In this document: piece by piece, positions 27,437 to 40,438 of the stretch
How the letters are laid out: each line of letters begins with the position of its first letter
Position numbering within the stretch: the first letter of the stretch is position 1
Source of the DNA: Octopus vulgaris
Taxonomy: Eukaryota
NCBI GenBank assembly: GCA_951406725.2
Contig: OX597827.1
Span: 45,756,001-45,820,000 of the forward strand
Reading direction: 5' to 3'
Length of the DNA stretch: 64,000 nucleotides
Translations under genes and position numbers: made by a program
Notes under the pieces: model-generated
The model's input: the letters and a program-made list of their open reading frames with translations, nothing else
What the model was told of the DNA's origin: nothing
Database searches by the model: none

Positions 27437-28181
27437 GAATTGATAAATAGAAACACCACCTAACTGTATGATACGAAATAAATTTACGAGTAGGTGTTGA
27501 TGATTTGATTTTGATTTTGATTTTTCCAGTTTCAGCTTATGAGCTGTGGCCATGCTGGGGCACCGCCATTTGCTGGGGCACCGCCATTTGATGATGATTT
27601 TTAAATTTCTTTAAATTGTTTCAGCTTTAAAGCAGCGGTCATGCTGGGGCACCAAGGCTAGCAATTTTGAACGGAGGGTATTAATCAATTACATCAAATC
27701 GACCCCGGTAGGATGAAAGCAATGTTGACCTCAGCAGGATTTGAACTCTGAACGTAAAGTTGGAACAGATATCTCTAAGCATATTTTTCGATGCTCTACC
27801 GGTTTCACTAACTCGCTATCCTCGTAATGATATAGATAATAATAGCAATAATGGTGTTAATGTATTATTAAATAATACGATCGATGTTCAGTACGTATTT
27901 TAAATGGTAAATCTGGAAGTTTCACTTCCAGATTTATGTACACACAACTGAGAATATGCACACGTAACATAAATAAAAACGCATTTATGCATACATACGT
28001 TTTCAAATACGCATACATAATCAAGCTTGCATACACATGCAGAAACTAAAAGGCCGTTGCAGAGAAATTGAAATAATAATGATTTATTTATATTTTTTTA
28101 ATATATAATTTTTCCTTTATTTCCTACAGAAGTAGACCGCTTCCGATCTGTTTGGTATAAGGATTCAGTAAGCATGTAGAG

Positions 28182-29559
28182 TGTACGTCGTTTTGAGTAC
28201 AGTTAACAATATACTTTCTTTGCAACTTTGCTTGCAATATTTTATTAACTTATTTGCTTTATTCGTCAAGTTACAGAAAAAAAAAAACGAACAACAACCT
28301 AGCATTCAAAGTAGAAGCCATCATGTTGCACTGTCTGAGGCAACGTTTCTGCCAGTTTTTTTTATCCCACGCTGATAACAGTTCTTGTCCTTCGAGGCGA
28401 AGAACTTCTCCAACGAAGTTTCCATCTCCTCTTGGGTGATGAAGCGTTGCGAACGCTGGAAGTGAATCATAGATCGGGACTAATATTAATCCGAGGGAGA
28501 TATTTTTGCTGCCTTCTTAACGTGTATAAGTAGTGGTTAAGCAAGAGCCGGCTTCCGGAACCTGAACTCAAACATGGACCTTTCGATCACAAGGTGATGC
28601 TCTGCGTCTGGTAGAATTATGAGGGGTTAATCCAGTACGAGTTCGTTCCGAACGGTCGAACCATCGATGCCAGCCTCTACTTCGAACAAGTTGGAGCGGA
28701 TGTACGTCGTTGTGCGACAAAACTACTCGCCATTGGTTAGCAGAAAGCAAGCTTTTCTGCAGGAAGACAACGCTTGAAAACCACACACCTTTCGAACGAC
28801 CCAGTATAAACACCAGGAACTTTGAGAGAATCGAACCGGTGCCACACCCAGCATGTATTCCGGATATAGTTTCTTCCGGTTATTATTTGTTACGATCCAT
28901 GGCTCCCTTCCTGCCCTCGCGACGTTTCATCCTTCGGTGAAGGAGTTCTTCATTTCGAACGAACAAGAATTAGAGCTGGTAGAATCGTTAGCACGCCGGG
29001 TGAAATGCTTAGCGGTATTTTGTCTGCCGCTACGTTCTGAGTTCAATTCTGCCGAGGTCGACTTTGCCCTTCATTCTTTCGGAGTCAATTAAATAAGTAC
29101 CAGTTACGCACTGGGGTCGATGTAATCGACTTAATACCTATGTCTGTCCTTGTTTGGCCCCTCTATGTTTAGCCCCTTGTGGGTAATAAAGAAATAGGTA
29201 TTTTGTCTGCCGCTACGTTCTGAGCTCAAATTCTGCCGAGGTCGACTCTGCCCTTCATCCTTTCGGGGTCAATTAAATAAGTACCAGTTACGCACTGGGG
29301 TCGATATAATCGGCTTAATCCGTGTGTCTGTCCTTGTTCCTTCTCTCTGTTTAGCCCCTTGTGGGTAGTAAAGAAATAGGTATTAGCGCGGGATCAAAGA
29401 AATGAGAGAAAGGTGGCTTTAGACAGCGCAACACGATGACCTCTACTTTGAATGCTAGGCTGTTTTGGGTTTTTTTTTGTTTAGCTTGCCGAATGCAGCA
29501 AATAAATTCCCAAAATACGGCAAAACTTTTGATTCAGCACAATAAAACAACCATGTACG
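28182..29559 (+). mobile_element. Decayed mariner element with long inverted ends, interrupted by family B SINE
   Basis: Relic motifs MLCVW*NYEGLIQYEFVPNGRTIDASLY, EDNA and PHPACIPDIVSSGYYLLRSM; 28182-28338 is inverted at 29420-29559. Confidence 0.7.
28973..29383 (+). mobile_element. SINE family B, two units
   Basis: Family B sequence. Confidence 0.9.
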
Positions 29560-29623
29560 AAAGAAAGTTAGAGAACGTGTGTGTGTGTGGGGTGGTGGTG
29601 TTTGTGTGTGTATGTGTGTTTGT

Positions 29624-29661
<38 letters not shown>

Positions 29662-29902
29662 TTGTGTGTGTATGTGTGTGTGTATGAGTGTGAATGTGTG
29701 TATGAGCGTGTGTGTGTTTGCGTATGTTTGCGTTTGCGTGTGTGTGTATGTGTGTGGTTGTGTGTGTATGTGCGTGTGTGTCTGTGTGTGTGTGTTTATG
29801 GGTGTGCATGTGTGTATGTGCGTGTGTGTATGTGTGTGTATGTTTGTGTATGTTTGCGTTTGCGTGTGTGTGTGTGTTTTGTGTGTGTATGTGTGTATGC
29901 GT

Positions 29903-29960
<58 letters not shown>

Positions 29961-30489
29961 ATGTGTGCGTGCGGCATATTTCCGATGTTAAGTACCAGTG
30001 AAGTGATTTGGATAAGACAAGAGATTTAGCAACTGCAATTTCTTATCCAAGACAATGAATTTGGTAGTTCTGTCTTTCTTCAGGAATCAACATTCCGTTT
30101 TATCATTCCAATTACGTTGAAGTACCATCTGGATCTTATTGTGTCTATCAACAACTTTGTGGGATGTTAGTAAGCGCGTTAATAGAATAAACAGAATTTC
30201 ATAGTTTTTGATAATTGTTCTTTATGGTAAAAGATGTCGTGATGGTGTTGATGGTGGAGATGGTGGAAATTGTGGAGGTGGTGGAAGTGGTGGTGGTGGT
30301 GTCGGTGTAAGTGATGGTAGACATATCGTCGTGGTGTTAGTCGAAGTGTGGTGGTGATGGTGGCGGTACTGTTGGTGTTAGATAGAGGTGATGGAGGTGA
30401 TGGTGACGATGGGAGCTGTGCTGGTAGCGGCGTTGTTCTTGTTGGTGGTGGTAGTAGTGGCAGTGGTGGTGGTGGTAAGAGTCGTGGCG

Positions 30490-31265
30490 GCGGTGGTGGC
30501 AAAGGGGTAGGAGTGGTGGCAGTGATGTGGCAACGGGGTAAGAGTGGTGGAAGTGGTGGTGGCAACGGCAGTAGTGGTAGCAGTGGTAGTGGCAACGAGG
30601 TAGGAGTGGTGACAGGTGTGGTGGCAACGGGGTAGGAATGGTGGCAGTGGTGGTGGCAACAGGGTAAGAGTGGTGGTAGCGGTGGTGGAAACGGGGTAGG
30701 AGTGGTGGCAGTGGTAGTGGCAACGGGGTAGGAGTGGTGGCAGTGATGTGGCAACGGGGTAAGAGTGGTGGCAATGGTGGTGGCAACGGCAGTAGTGGTA
30801 GCAGTGGTGGTGGAAACGAGGTAGGAGTGGTGACAGCGGTAGTGGCAACGGGGTAGGAGTGGTGGAAAAGGTGGTGGCAGGAGAGGTGGCAGTGGTTGTA
30901 GCAAGGGGATAGGAATGGTGGTAACGGGGTAGGAATGGTGGCAGTGGTGGTGGCAACGGGGTAAGAGTGGTGGCAGCGGTGGTGGCAGCGATGGTGGTGG
31001 CAGCGATGGTGGTGGCAGCGATGGTGGTGGCAACGGGGTAGGGGTGGTGGCAGCTCTGGTGGCAACGGGGTAGGAGTGGTGGCAATGGTGGCGGCAACGG
31101 GGTAGGAGTGGTGGCAATGGTGGTGGCAACGGGGTAAGAGCGGTGGCAGCGGTGGTGACAATGGGGTAGGAGTGGTGGCAGTGGTGGTGGCAACGGGGTA
31201 GTAGTTGTGGTGGTGGTGACAACGGGGGTTGTGGTTGGTGGCAGTGGTGGTGTCAACGAGGGTAG
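30490..31265 (+). repeat. G-rich minisatellite, about 33-bp unit (gtggtggcaacggggtaggagtggtggcagtg)
   Basis: Recurrent gcaacggggta(g/a)gagtggtggca motif. Confidence 0.85.
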
Positions 31266-31397
31266 ATGGTGATGGTGGTGACATGAATGGTAGCGATGTT
31301 TTTTACTGGTGTTATTGTGGCGGCGGTAGTATTAGTGGTGCTAGATATAGTTAGTGTTAGTAGCAACAAGGAAGATGGCGGTAAAGTTAACGGAAGT

Positions 31398-31608
31398 GGC
31401 ACGCCGGGCGAAATGCTTAGCGGTATTTCGTCTGCCGTTACATTCTGAGTTCGAATTCCGCCGAGGTCGACTTTGCCTTTCATCCTTGCGGGGTCGATAA
31501 ATTAAGTACCAGTTACACACTGGGGTCGATGTAATCGGCTTAATACCTTTGTCTGTCCTTGTTTGTCCCCTCTATGTTTAGCCCCTTGTGGGTAATAAAG
31601 AAATAGGT
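31398..31608 (+). mobile_element. SINE family B, 5'-truncated single unit
   Basis: Family B sequence. Confidence 0.88.
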
Positions 31609-31945
31609 AGTGGTGTGCTGCTGGGCAAGTGGTGCAAGACATAATAGCGGTGGTGGTCGTGGCGGTGGTGATAGTAGTAGTAATAGTTGTTGTTGGAGTA
31701 GTAGTAGTGGGGTTGGGGTGGGGTAGTGATAGTAGTAGTAGTAGTAGTAGTTGCAGTAGGGGTTGTGATAATTGTGGTGTAATACTCGATATAGCAGTTG
31801 TGGTGGTAGTGATGGTCATGATGGCGATGACGGTGGTCATAATGACAATGGCAGTGGGGTTGGCGGTGGCGGTGGGGTGTGGGGGCGAGAAGAAGGTACC
31901 GGTCGTCGCCATATTGTTTGTTTTATCTATTTATTATCATCATCA

Positions 31946-32007
<62 letters not shown>

Positions 32008-32609
32008 GTTGTTATTATTATTATTATTTTAAAGAAAAATTTATCACTGCTATAAACCTTGTTCAGGAGATTATCAACAACATTGCAGAAATATATATGT
32101 TTTTCAATTTAGATAGACTATTTCTACTGTACATCAGGCAAACATACATTGAAAAAAAAAAAAAGAGAGAGAGAGAGAGAGAAAGAGAGGGGGAGAAGGA
32201 AGAAGGAAAACAAAAATTTATGACTTATTCACTGAAACACACACAAGCATATATACTTGCACATATAAATATATACATACATATATGTGCGTATATATAT
32301 GTAAATAATATATATATACACACACACACAGTTGTTCTTTGGGAAGGACATTTTGCTCATAACCACAAGCACTAGTTGCAAAAATACAATGCGTCCATAA
32401 GCGATACAATCTCCAGACGAATACCGTAGTTAATTTAAATTTTCGTGATGTATTTGCATTAAGTATGATATACATATGGCCATTTTAATCTAATAGTACT
32501 TCAGTTGCGCGTAACGGATATTGCAACGGCAGTGATTTTTCAATCACTATTTTTTTTTTACATCATTGATCATTGATTTTGTCTTAGTATGCGGCTGTCA
32601 GTAGATACA

Positions 32610-32652
32610 TGCTGCTGACGAAGCCATCGGAGGCAGAAATGCACATTTAGCA
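32610..32652 (+). ncRNA. Decayed minimal hammerhead motif
   Basis: Stem I tgctg/tagca, CTGACGA, stem II gcc-atcgga-ggc, GAAA, tgcaca, UU. Confidence 0.5.
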
Positions 32653-32694
32653 ATCTCACCACCACCGCTGGATCATTTTCATCTGCTATTGATA

Positions 32695-32952
32695 TACTCT
32701 TTTACTTGTTTCAGTCATTTGACTGTGGCCATGCTGGAGCACCGCCTTTAGTCGAGCAAATCGACCCCAGGACTTATTCTTTGTAAGCCTAATACATATT
32801 CTATCGGTCTCTTTTGCCGAACCGCTATGTTACAGGGTCGTAAACACATTAGCATAGGTTGTCAAGCGATGTTTGGGAGACAAGCACAGACGCACAAATA
32901 CACACACACGCATACGTATATATATCTATATCTATACATACACACGCATGCG

Positions 32953-33000
<48 letters not shown>

Positions 33001-33568
33001 GAAATGAAGAAAATGCTGACAAAATAATTTAAGTAATTTAAGTAATTTAATTAGGTGAAAATTCTTTTTACCGGTTGCGCATTTGTTATGCTTATCAAAA
33101 GATATTTTTTAAAGAGAGATAGAGTTCCTTTATGATAGATTTTTTTCCTCTTATCTGATAAGAGGAAAAAATTTTTTCCTCTTATCGGATAAGAGGAAAA
33201 AAATCTATCAGAAAGGAACTCTATCTCTCTTAAAAAATATCTTTTGATAAGCATAACAAATGCGCAACCGGTAAAAAGAATTTTCACCTAATTAAATTAC
33301 TTAAATTACTTAAATTATTTTGTCAGCATTTTCCTCATTTCCTTTTTTTATATATCACAACTCGTGTTCCACATCTCCTTTTTTAAATATATATATATAT
33401 ATACGACGGGCTTCTTTCAGTTTCCGCCTACCAAATCCACTCACAAGGCTTTGGTCGACTCGAGGCTATAGTAGAAGACATCTGCCCAAGGTGCCATGTA
33501 CAGTGGAACTGAACCCAGAGCCATGTGGTCGGTAAGGAACCTACTTACCACACAGCCACTCTTACGCC
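32695..33568 (-). mobile_element. SINE family A split at its internal microsatellite by a fold-back element
   Basis: 3' half 32695-32910, 5' half 33402-33568. Confidence 0.85.
32996..33348. mobile_element. About 350-bp fold-back element with decayed hammerhead (33240-33279 and its mirror)
   Basis: Long inverted arms with few mismatches and two central mini-hairpins; tcttt-TGATAA-gcat-aacaa-atgc-GCAA-ccgg-TA-aaaaga. Confidence 0.75.
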
Positions 33569-33694
33569 TATACATTTGTGTTTTTTAACATAGTGAGTCC
33601 ATAATAGATATTGCCTCCGGACAAACACTGTAGTGCATTTTCGTGAAGTATTAAGCACGATACAAGATATCTCTCTCATGCTCACTCTCTTTCT

Positions 33695-33771
<77 letters not shown>

Positions 33772-33843
33772 TATATATATGTATATATGTATATATGCAT
33801 ATATTTGAAAAAGATTGTAGTGGTAACACATGAGTAAGTAGAT

Positions 33844-34212
33844 ATTTATGAAAAACAAGAACGAAAATGCTACTTAATTTTCCTTTTACATGTTTCGGAT
33901 TCTGAAAAACCTTATCTAAAATATGTACTAAAATGGAATATGCAAAAAGAAAAGAACTATTAAAAAAATTAAATCAAAATTAAAATTAACATTCATAGTT
34001 GACTTTCCTTTTGCCTGCAAGAACACGTGATGATATCCTTTGGTTCTGGTAGCATGACAAGTTCAATTGACTGTGACCGCAAATTTCTCTTTTTACATAT
34101 TCCATTTTAGTACATATTTTTGATAAAGTTTTTCAAAAACCGAGACATGTAAAAGGAAAATTAAAATGTACTCAATAAGACCGTAGCATCTTCGTTCTTG
34201 TTTTTCGTATAT
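33844..34212. mobile_element. Diverged inverted-repeat element with decayed hammerhead in each arm
   Basis: 33844-33952 inverted at 34084-34212; right arm TTGATAA-gttttt..aaaaac-GAGA-catg-TA, left arm retains ccGAAAcatgTA on the minus strand. Confidence 0.55.
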
Positions 34213-34219
34213 ATATATC

Positions 34220-34982
34220 AGAGACCTGGGTGTAATTGTTGATGGCGATCTCAGTTGGAGTGCACACATCAACAAGAAGGTCGATATAGCTCGTAGGATG
34301 AGTTCCTGGATCTTAAGAACTTTCCGGTCCAGAGAACAAGGTGTCATCATACCACTTTTCTCCTCCTTTGTACGGCTACACCTTGAATACTGCTGCCCAC
34401 TGTGGTCTCCCCATACAAGACAAAACATCTCCAGGATTGAGTCACCCCAGAGGGCACTCACTAAATGAATTGAAGGCATGGCTGCTCTCGATTATTGGGA
34501 TCGCCTTAAAACCTTGAAACTTTACTCCCTCCAGCGTCGCCGTGAGCGTACATCATTTGTACGATGTGGAGAATATACCGCCAACTTTGCCCAAACGACC
34601 TTAACATTAGCTTCAAGGTTCATCCAAGACTGGGACCACGGGCCATACGTCCCCTGCCCAATTCAAGATCACAACATACATGTACACTGCAACATAATTT
34701 CTTTTCCTCAACAGGCCCTGCCCTATTTAACATTGTCCCGATGGAGATCAAAGAGGAAAAGGATCCCATCAACTTTAAACGGAGTCTGGATAGATTCCTT
34801 CAAAGAATACCAGATAAGCCACCCATAATTGGATACAACTCACCCAACAAGAACTCACTACTTGAACAAAACTTGACTTAAACAGGATTCGAATAATCCT
34901 GTCAGGTGGTGCTATTAAGTTAGACATGGCCTGGACCAATCTTTGGTCGAAACATATCTAAGTTATCTAAGTTATCTAAGTT
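34220..34982 (+). mobile_element. 5'-truncated CR1-clade LINE (RT C-terminus, 3' UTR, tandem-repeat tail)
   Basis: RDLGVIVDGDLSWSAHI..WILRTF..VRLHLEYCCPLWSP..YWDRLKTLKLYSLQRRRER with a stop and frameshift; tail (atctaagtt)3. Confidence 0.88.
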
Positions 34983-35004
34983 ATATATATATATATATAT
35001 ATAT

Positions 35005-35272
35005 AAATAGAGATAAGAATGTGCATTGTCCGTTTGATTGGAAAATTTCTATAAGTGACAGAAGATTGCTCGACATTTTAAAACTGACGTAATACTTACA
35101 GTGGTTAATAAAATGAAGTAGCATGAAACAATTGTACCACTCTACCTCGGATATGCTTCTTGCTTATTTTGATTATAATCACCCCATTGATTTATATGGA
35201 TAATACTATACAAAATTCTGGTGCCTTTGACTTAAGTACCATATTCATCGGAATCTAAATTTTGATGAACTT
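35005..35272 (+). mobile_element. (TA)n-embedded element with decayed hammerhead at 35100-35141
   Basis: agtgg-TTAATAA-aatg..cat-GAAA-caattg-TA-ccact; family relatives at 52393-52578 (minus, with fold-back) and 60876-61015. Confidence 0.6.
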
Positions 35273-35294
35273 ATATATATATATATATATATAT

Positions 35295-35507
35295 GAAAAG
35301 ACATAAATAATGGGCTTTACATATTTTTGGTGCATCGTAGACTTACAATTGTTTCTGATATACATTATAGGTGCATTCATTGTTCCGTTTACGTAATCAG
35401 TCGAAGTAGTTAACTGAACTATAAACGCACCTATAATGTATATCTGAAACAACTGTAAGTCGACGATGCACAAATAAATATGTAAAGCCCACTATTTATG
35501 CCATTTC
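35295..35507. mobile_element. Fold-back element carrying the hammerhead 3' half (GAAAcaa(c/t)tgTA) in both arms
   Basis: Imperfect arms of about 90 bp next to (TA)n. Confidence 0.6.
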
Positions 35508-35741
35508 CTGAATATCACTGTGAAAAATACCATATTAACTGGAGGGAAATGCACCCATCGAATTAGAAAGCTGAATGGTGATGGCATTCAACTTTGGATC
35601 ATGCTTTAGGATTACCTGGAGTGTTTTTACTAATTTGAAAACCTTTTGCTAGCCTGGTATATTTGGCTTAAGAGAGTTTGTGAAATATTTTGCCCGGATT
35701 GATGATACCTTATTAATAACTCTTTGTATGTGTGTGTGTAT

Positions 35742-35780
<39 letters not shown>

Positions 35781-36001
35781 ATAAATGTCTGCATAAATAA
35801 ATATTATTTATACGCACACACACACACGCACACACACACACGTATATATATATATATAAGTAATTACAATTATTAACTTATAATTAATTTAATTTTTGTT
35901 ATTTACTTATATACTATTTATTGGTAAGTCCTCCACTGATATTATTTAATGCCAAATCCTGTTAATTATTATATTTGTATTTATGTGTCCACTGATGCTT
36001 A

Positions 36002-36039
<38 letters not shown>

Positions 36040-37006
36040 TACTATGAATGTTTACACGCACATCACATGTGAAAATATATGGTGTGTATGTGTATGTCTG
36101 TTGTTACACATGAGTATACATATGGGCATGTAGATGTGAGTGTAATTCTATTAGTTTGTTGGTAAGGGTTTTAATAGAAAAATATTAGTATTATAATAAC
36201 ATTGGATTTATTATGTAGGGATGCTATCTATTTATGCTATTAGGAGTTATTTTGATTATATATCCTGGAATATTAGCGTATTTTGACTTCTTACAATTAA
36301 TCTCTTATAATTTAATTATTATAAACTGATGTTAACTTAGTATATATATTTTTTTATGTCTTTTGATAGTCAAACGGAAATTGGTATTCTATACTTTATA
36401 ATTTAGCGAATGTTTGAATATAGCATATAGCGGTCAAGTTAGCGGACTTTTAGTTATAAAATACTATGTTTACGAAAAATACGGTGTCATATGAATTATG
36501 TACCTTATGAAAAATTACATTCTCTATCTTGATATATTTATATGTATCTTTGCATTTACTGTTTTATGGAAATATGTGAGTGGATCTTCTTAGTTAATAC
36601 CACGGCATTGGTGTTGTTTTGGGGGGGCTTGATGTCTGCATGCATGTATGTGCAATCGGTTGGGTTCCTCTGTTTTCCATGTGTATAGTTGCGATTATAC
36701 CTCTTATATTATTTATTTATTTTTTTATGATTTGGCTGTGTATGTGGCTATGTATGTGTGTATGTGTGTGGGTGTATGTGTGTGTGTATACATATAACTA
36801 TGTATGTATGTGCGCAGGATCTGTGGATGTGCGTGTGCGTATGTGCGTTTCTTGGGTAACTAACCGTAAAATTTCCATTGTGATTCAAATTTAAAACTAT
36901 AAGCCAATCGAATCTATCTAGGAAAATCAATATCAAGCGGACAGATGAATTCGACTTATTGAGTATATATGTGGATGTCCGCTTGCTTTACATGGTACAA
37001 TCATGG

Positions 37007-37083
<77 letters not shown>

Positions 37084-37374
37084 ATTAATATTAATTTTAT
37101 TGACTTTTTGTGCGGTTATACATTTTAATGAACTGGACTGTTATATATATATATATATGTCTGCTTTAAATTTAAATGTGAGTGTACATGTATTTCCTTG
37201 ATGTTGGTTATAGAATATGGAAAATAATTGTGTTTGTTAATGTATACTGATATATTTTGTTTATATTGTATTAATGTGTATATATATATGTGTAGAATTA
37301 TGAGTGTCTATGCACACATTTTTATATTTTTTATTTTTATATTTGTATGTAAATTTTTTTCATACTTACATTAA

Positions 37375-37490
37375 ATTCTCTGAAGAGGCCGTGAGACATT
37401 CTTGTTAATGTCTCATTTATACCTGCTTTATATGGCTAATAGGTTAAATGGGACATACCTGTCTTCACGGCCGAAACAGCTGTCAGCTAT
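37375..37490 (+). ncRNA. Type I hammerhead motif with long stem II
   Basis: CTGAAGA at 37380, stem II ggccgtga..tcacggcc, GAAA 37473, palindromic ACAGCTGT, GUC site; stem I reduced to ct/ag. Confidence 0.7.
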
Positions 37491-38084
37491 GACGTAATTG
37501 TATTTTCTATTTCTATTTCCATGTCTAGTTATATTTGCAATATATTATGTATAATGTCATTGCTGTTATGTAATGGTTTAATAAAGTATTGATTGGGTAT
37601 TATCTGATGGTTGATGATTGATTTAGGTATGTTTCTCCATTTTCTCATTTTGTATATATATATATATATATATATATACATACATGTATATGTATATATG
37701 CATAATATATATATTCATAATATATATTTATATATACACACACAACACCAAGACAACCACACACGCGGTTGACAAACGGACACACATATACACACACCAT
37801 CCTACAAGATTTTACAAACACACAGACACATCTATTCACACCACATATGTATATACACATACACTCACCCCATCCTGACCTCTAAAGCCAATCGCCCAAA
37901 TCATTGATGCTTGAAGGAGAGACAAAAACGATAAATTCTTTTCAGTTCCGCATTACTCCTCCTTCCCCCCACCCAAACACACCTACAGTGTCCCTTGAAA
38001 TAGATAATATTATTTTACGTTAACATGGTGGACAGGTCAGTTTTAGCTTCCCTACTATTATAATGTAAACCTTTTTGAACTCAT

Positions 38085-38547
38085 AATATTCTGTGCGTGT
38101 ATACCAATATTCCACTTAACTTTTTTAATAATTCCTTCTGGAAATTATCTTGAGAATGTATAATATATTTGTTGTAATCTATTGTGCCCAATATTTCAAT
38201 GAACTTGTTAAACTTTTTTTATGTTCTCAACAGGCTCTTGTCACCAAAGAATGTATATATATGTATTGTAGTATGTATTGGTCAACCAATATTCTAGTAT
38301 GTATTGGTCAACCAATATTCTGTGCGTGTTTGAATATACAGATACAATACCAATACCAATATCCCACTGAACTTTTTAGTAATTCCTTCTGGAAACTATC
38401 TTAAGCATGTTCTTGAGAATGATTATTATTGTTGTAATCTTTTGTACCCAATATTTTAAGGAACTTGTTAAACTTTTTTATGTCCTTAACATGTCCTTGT
38501 TACCAAAGACTGTATATATGTAATGTAGCAATTTGTAACAACCAATA
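38085..38547 (+). repeat. Diverged direct duplication of about 230 bp
   Basis: aatattctgtgcgtgt..aattccttctggaaa..gaacttgttaaactttttt..ccaaaga..tgtatatat occurs twice. Confidence 0.8.
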
Positions 38548-38572
38548 ATTAACGCAATCAAACTTCTACATG

Positions 38573-38617
38573 TTACTTTTGACAATCTTTTTCCAAAGAG
38601 TGAAACCGGTAAAGTAA
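38573..38617 (+). ncRNA. Decayed minimal hammerhead motif
   Basis: Stem I ttactt/aagtaa, TTGACAA (decayed CUGACGA), weak stem II, GAAA, palindromic ACCGGT, GUA. Confidence 0.5.
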
Positions 38618-39185
38618 ATAAACATCTTTTAAAATTGCATTTTCAAACCTTCTTTCGTATATAATTCCACTCGTGCGGTACTCTACAACTCCACTTTGTT
38701 ATATATATATATATATATATATACACACGCATTCATACATTCACATACACTCACACACATATACACGTATATATACATGTCTGTGTATATTTGTAATCTA
38801 TTATGTTTATGTGCATATATCATACAGGTATCTCTCTGTGCACGCACACACACACACATGCACACATGCATACACACACACATGCACACTTGAAGTGGTG
38901 CTTTGTCACGATCTTGTCTATTATGCATCGCAGTTTCCTTCTGATCGGTCTTACAATAGCTAAACGATAATCATAGCGTCAAGCTGTTGTTGTTGTTGTT
39001 GTTGATGATGGTGATGATGATGATGATGGTGATGGAAACTTACTGCAATCAGTTGAAATAGTGCAGTGCCTTGCACATCGGTGCACTACATCAAATGAAG
39101 AGGAAAGATCTGCTGAAGGCTGTCGTACTGAAGTAGCTGCGATATGACATGGTAGAGATAACAACGTAATGAGCTTGCTCTGGTT

Positions 39186-39248
<63 letters not shown>

Positions 39249-39367
39249 ATAGTAGTAGTAGTGGTGGTGGTGGTGGTGGTGGTGGTGGTGGTGGTGGTGG
39301 TGGTGGTGGTGGTATGGTGGTGGTGGTAGTGGTGGTGGTGGTGGTGGTGGTGGTGGCGGCGTCGGCA

Positions 39368-39398
<31 letters not shown>

Positions 39399-39475
39399 TG
39401 GCGGTGGTGTTAGTGGCGGTGGTGGTTGTGGTGGCGGCGGTGGCAGTAGTAGTGCTGGTGGTAGTTATAATAGTA
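39186..39475. repeat. (TAG)n/(GGT)n/(GGC)n compound microsatellite
   Basis: Visible triplet arrays. Confidence 0.95.
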
Positions 39476-39779
39476 GAAGCGGCGAATCGACTGAGACGCT
39501 TGAATGTTGGGTAGAATGTCTAAATCCGTTTATCTATAAAATACAGGTATTTGAAATACCTGTATTTCATACAGGTGTTGAAATACCTGTTATATCAAAC
39601 TACTGTTAATGACGTGTATATGGCACATCCACTATCGAGCTCAACATAACAATAAATCGTAATTAAGATCTGACTATGGATACATTGACGTATAAAATGT
39701 TAAATGTTATGTGAACATTTCGAATTCCAACATGGATCAGTGATATTTACCACAACCCAATAACATAGTATGTTGTTGT

Positions 39780-40073
39780 TTGTTCGTTCTCGAGCCATGC
39801 TTGGCTCATAAGGGCCGGTTTCCCGGTTTCATTGGCGTATAGCTTCGCCACTTGGACAGGACGACGGTCCGTCGCAGGTGAACTGCTAGATGCAGGAGGA
39901 AAGAGCGAGAGAAAGTTACGGCAAAAGAGTCAGCAGAAGTTCACCTTTACCTTCTGCCGGAACCGCGTGGAGATTAGGTGTTTCGCTTATAAACACACAA
40001 ACATCGCCCGGTCTGACATTCGAACCCGCGACCACGAGTCCGCTGCTCTAACCACTAGGACATATGCCTCCAC
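39780..40073 (-). mobile_element. Family C-head SINE with V-domain-like body, degenerate
   Basis: Similar to 41640-41948. Confidence 0.7.
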
Positions 40074-40438
40074 AATATAATATGTGCAGTGAAACGATTA
40101 CTGGCGATGTAGAAACAATTATTAACCTTTCTAAACTAGTAAAATCCCAAATTAAGATGTAATTTGTGAAACGCTTTTGGACTTGTTAAAGAATTCTGAT
40201 TTATTATTTTCTTTTATTAAATTATTTCTCTGCCATAATATTAATTAAATACGAATTTATAAAAGATTTGAAGAAGAAAAAAGTTAGTTATATATATAAC
40301 TCGTTCGCCCCCGTGAGAATTCTATCGTTATTTCATTAACTATGATCTTTGAAAGTTTACAGAGCAAGAAATAATTTCTTTCGAAATTGTATTTCTGAAG
40401 CGTTTGAATCTTTTAATGATGTGAAGTTCATTTAAGTA

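Noticed and set aside
30179-32375. Long Pro/His/Val-rich ORFs
   Set aside because: Produced by minisatellite and triplet repeats.
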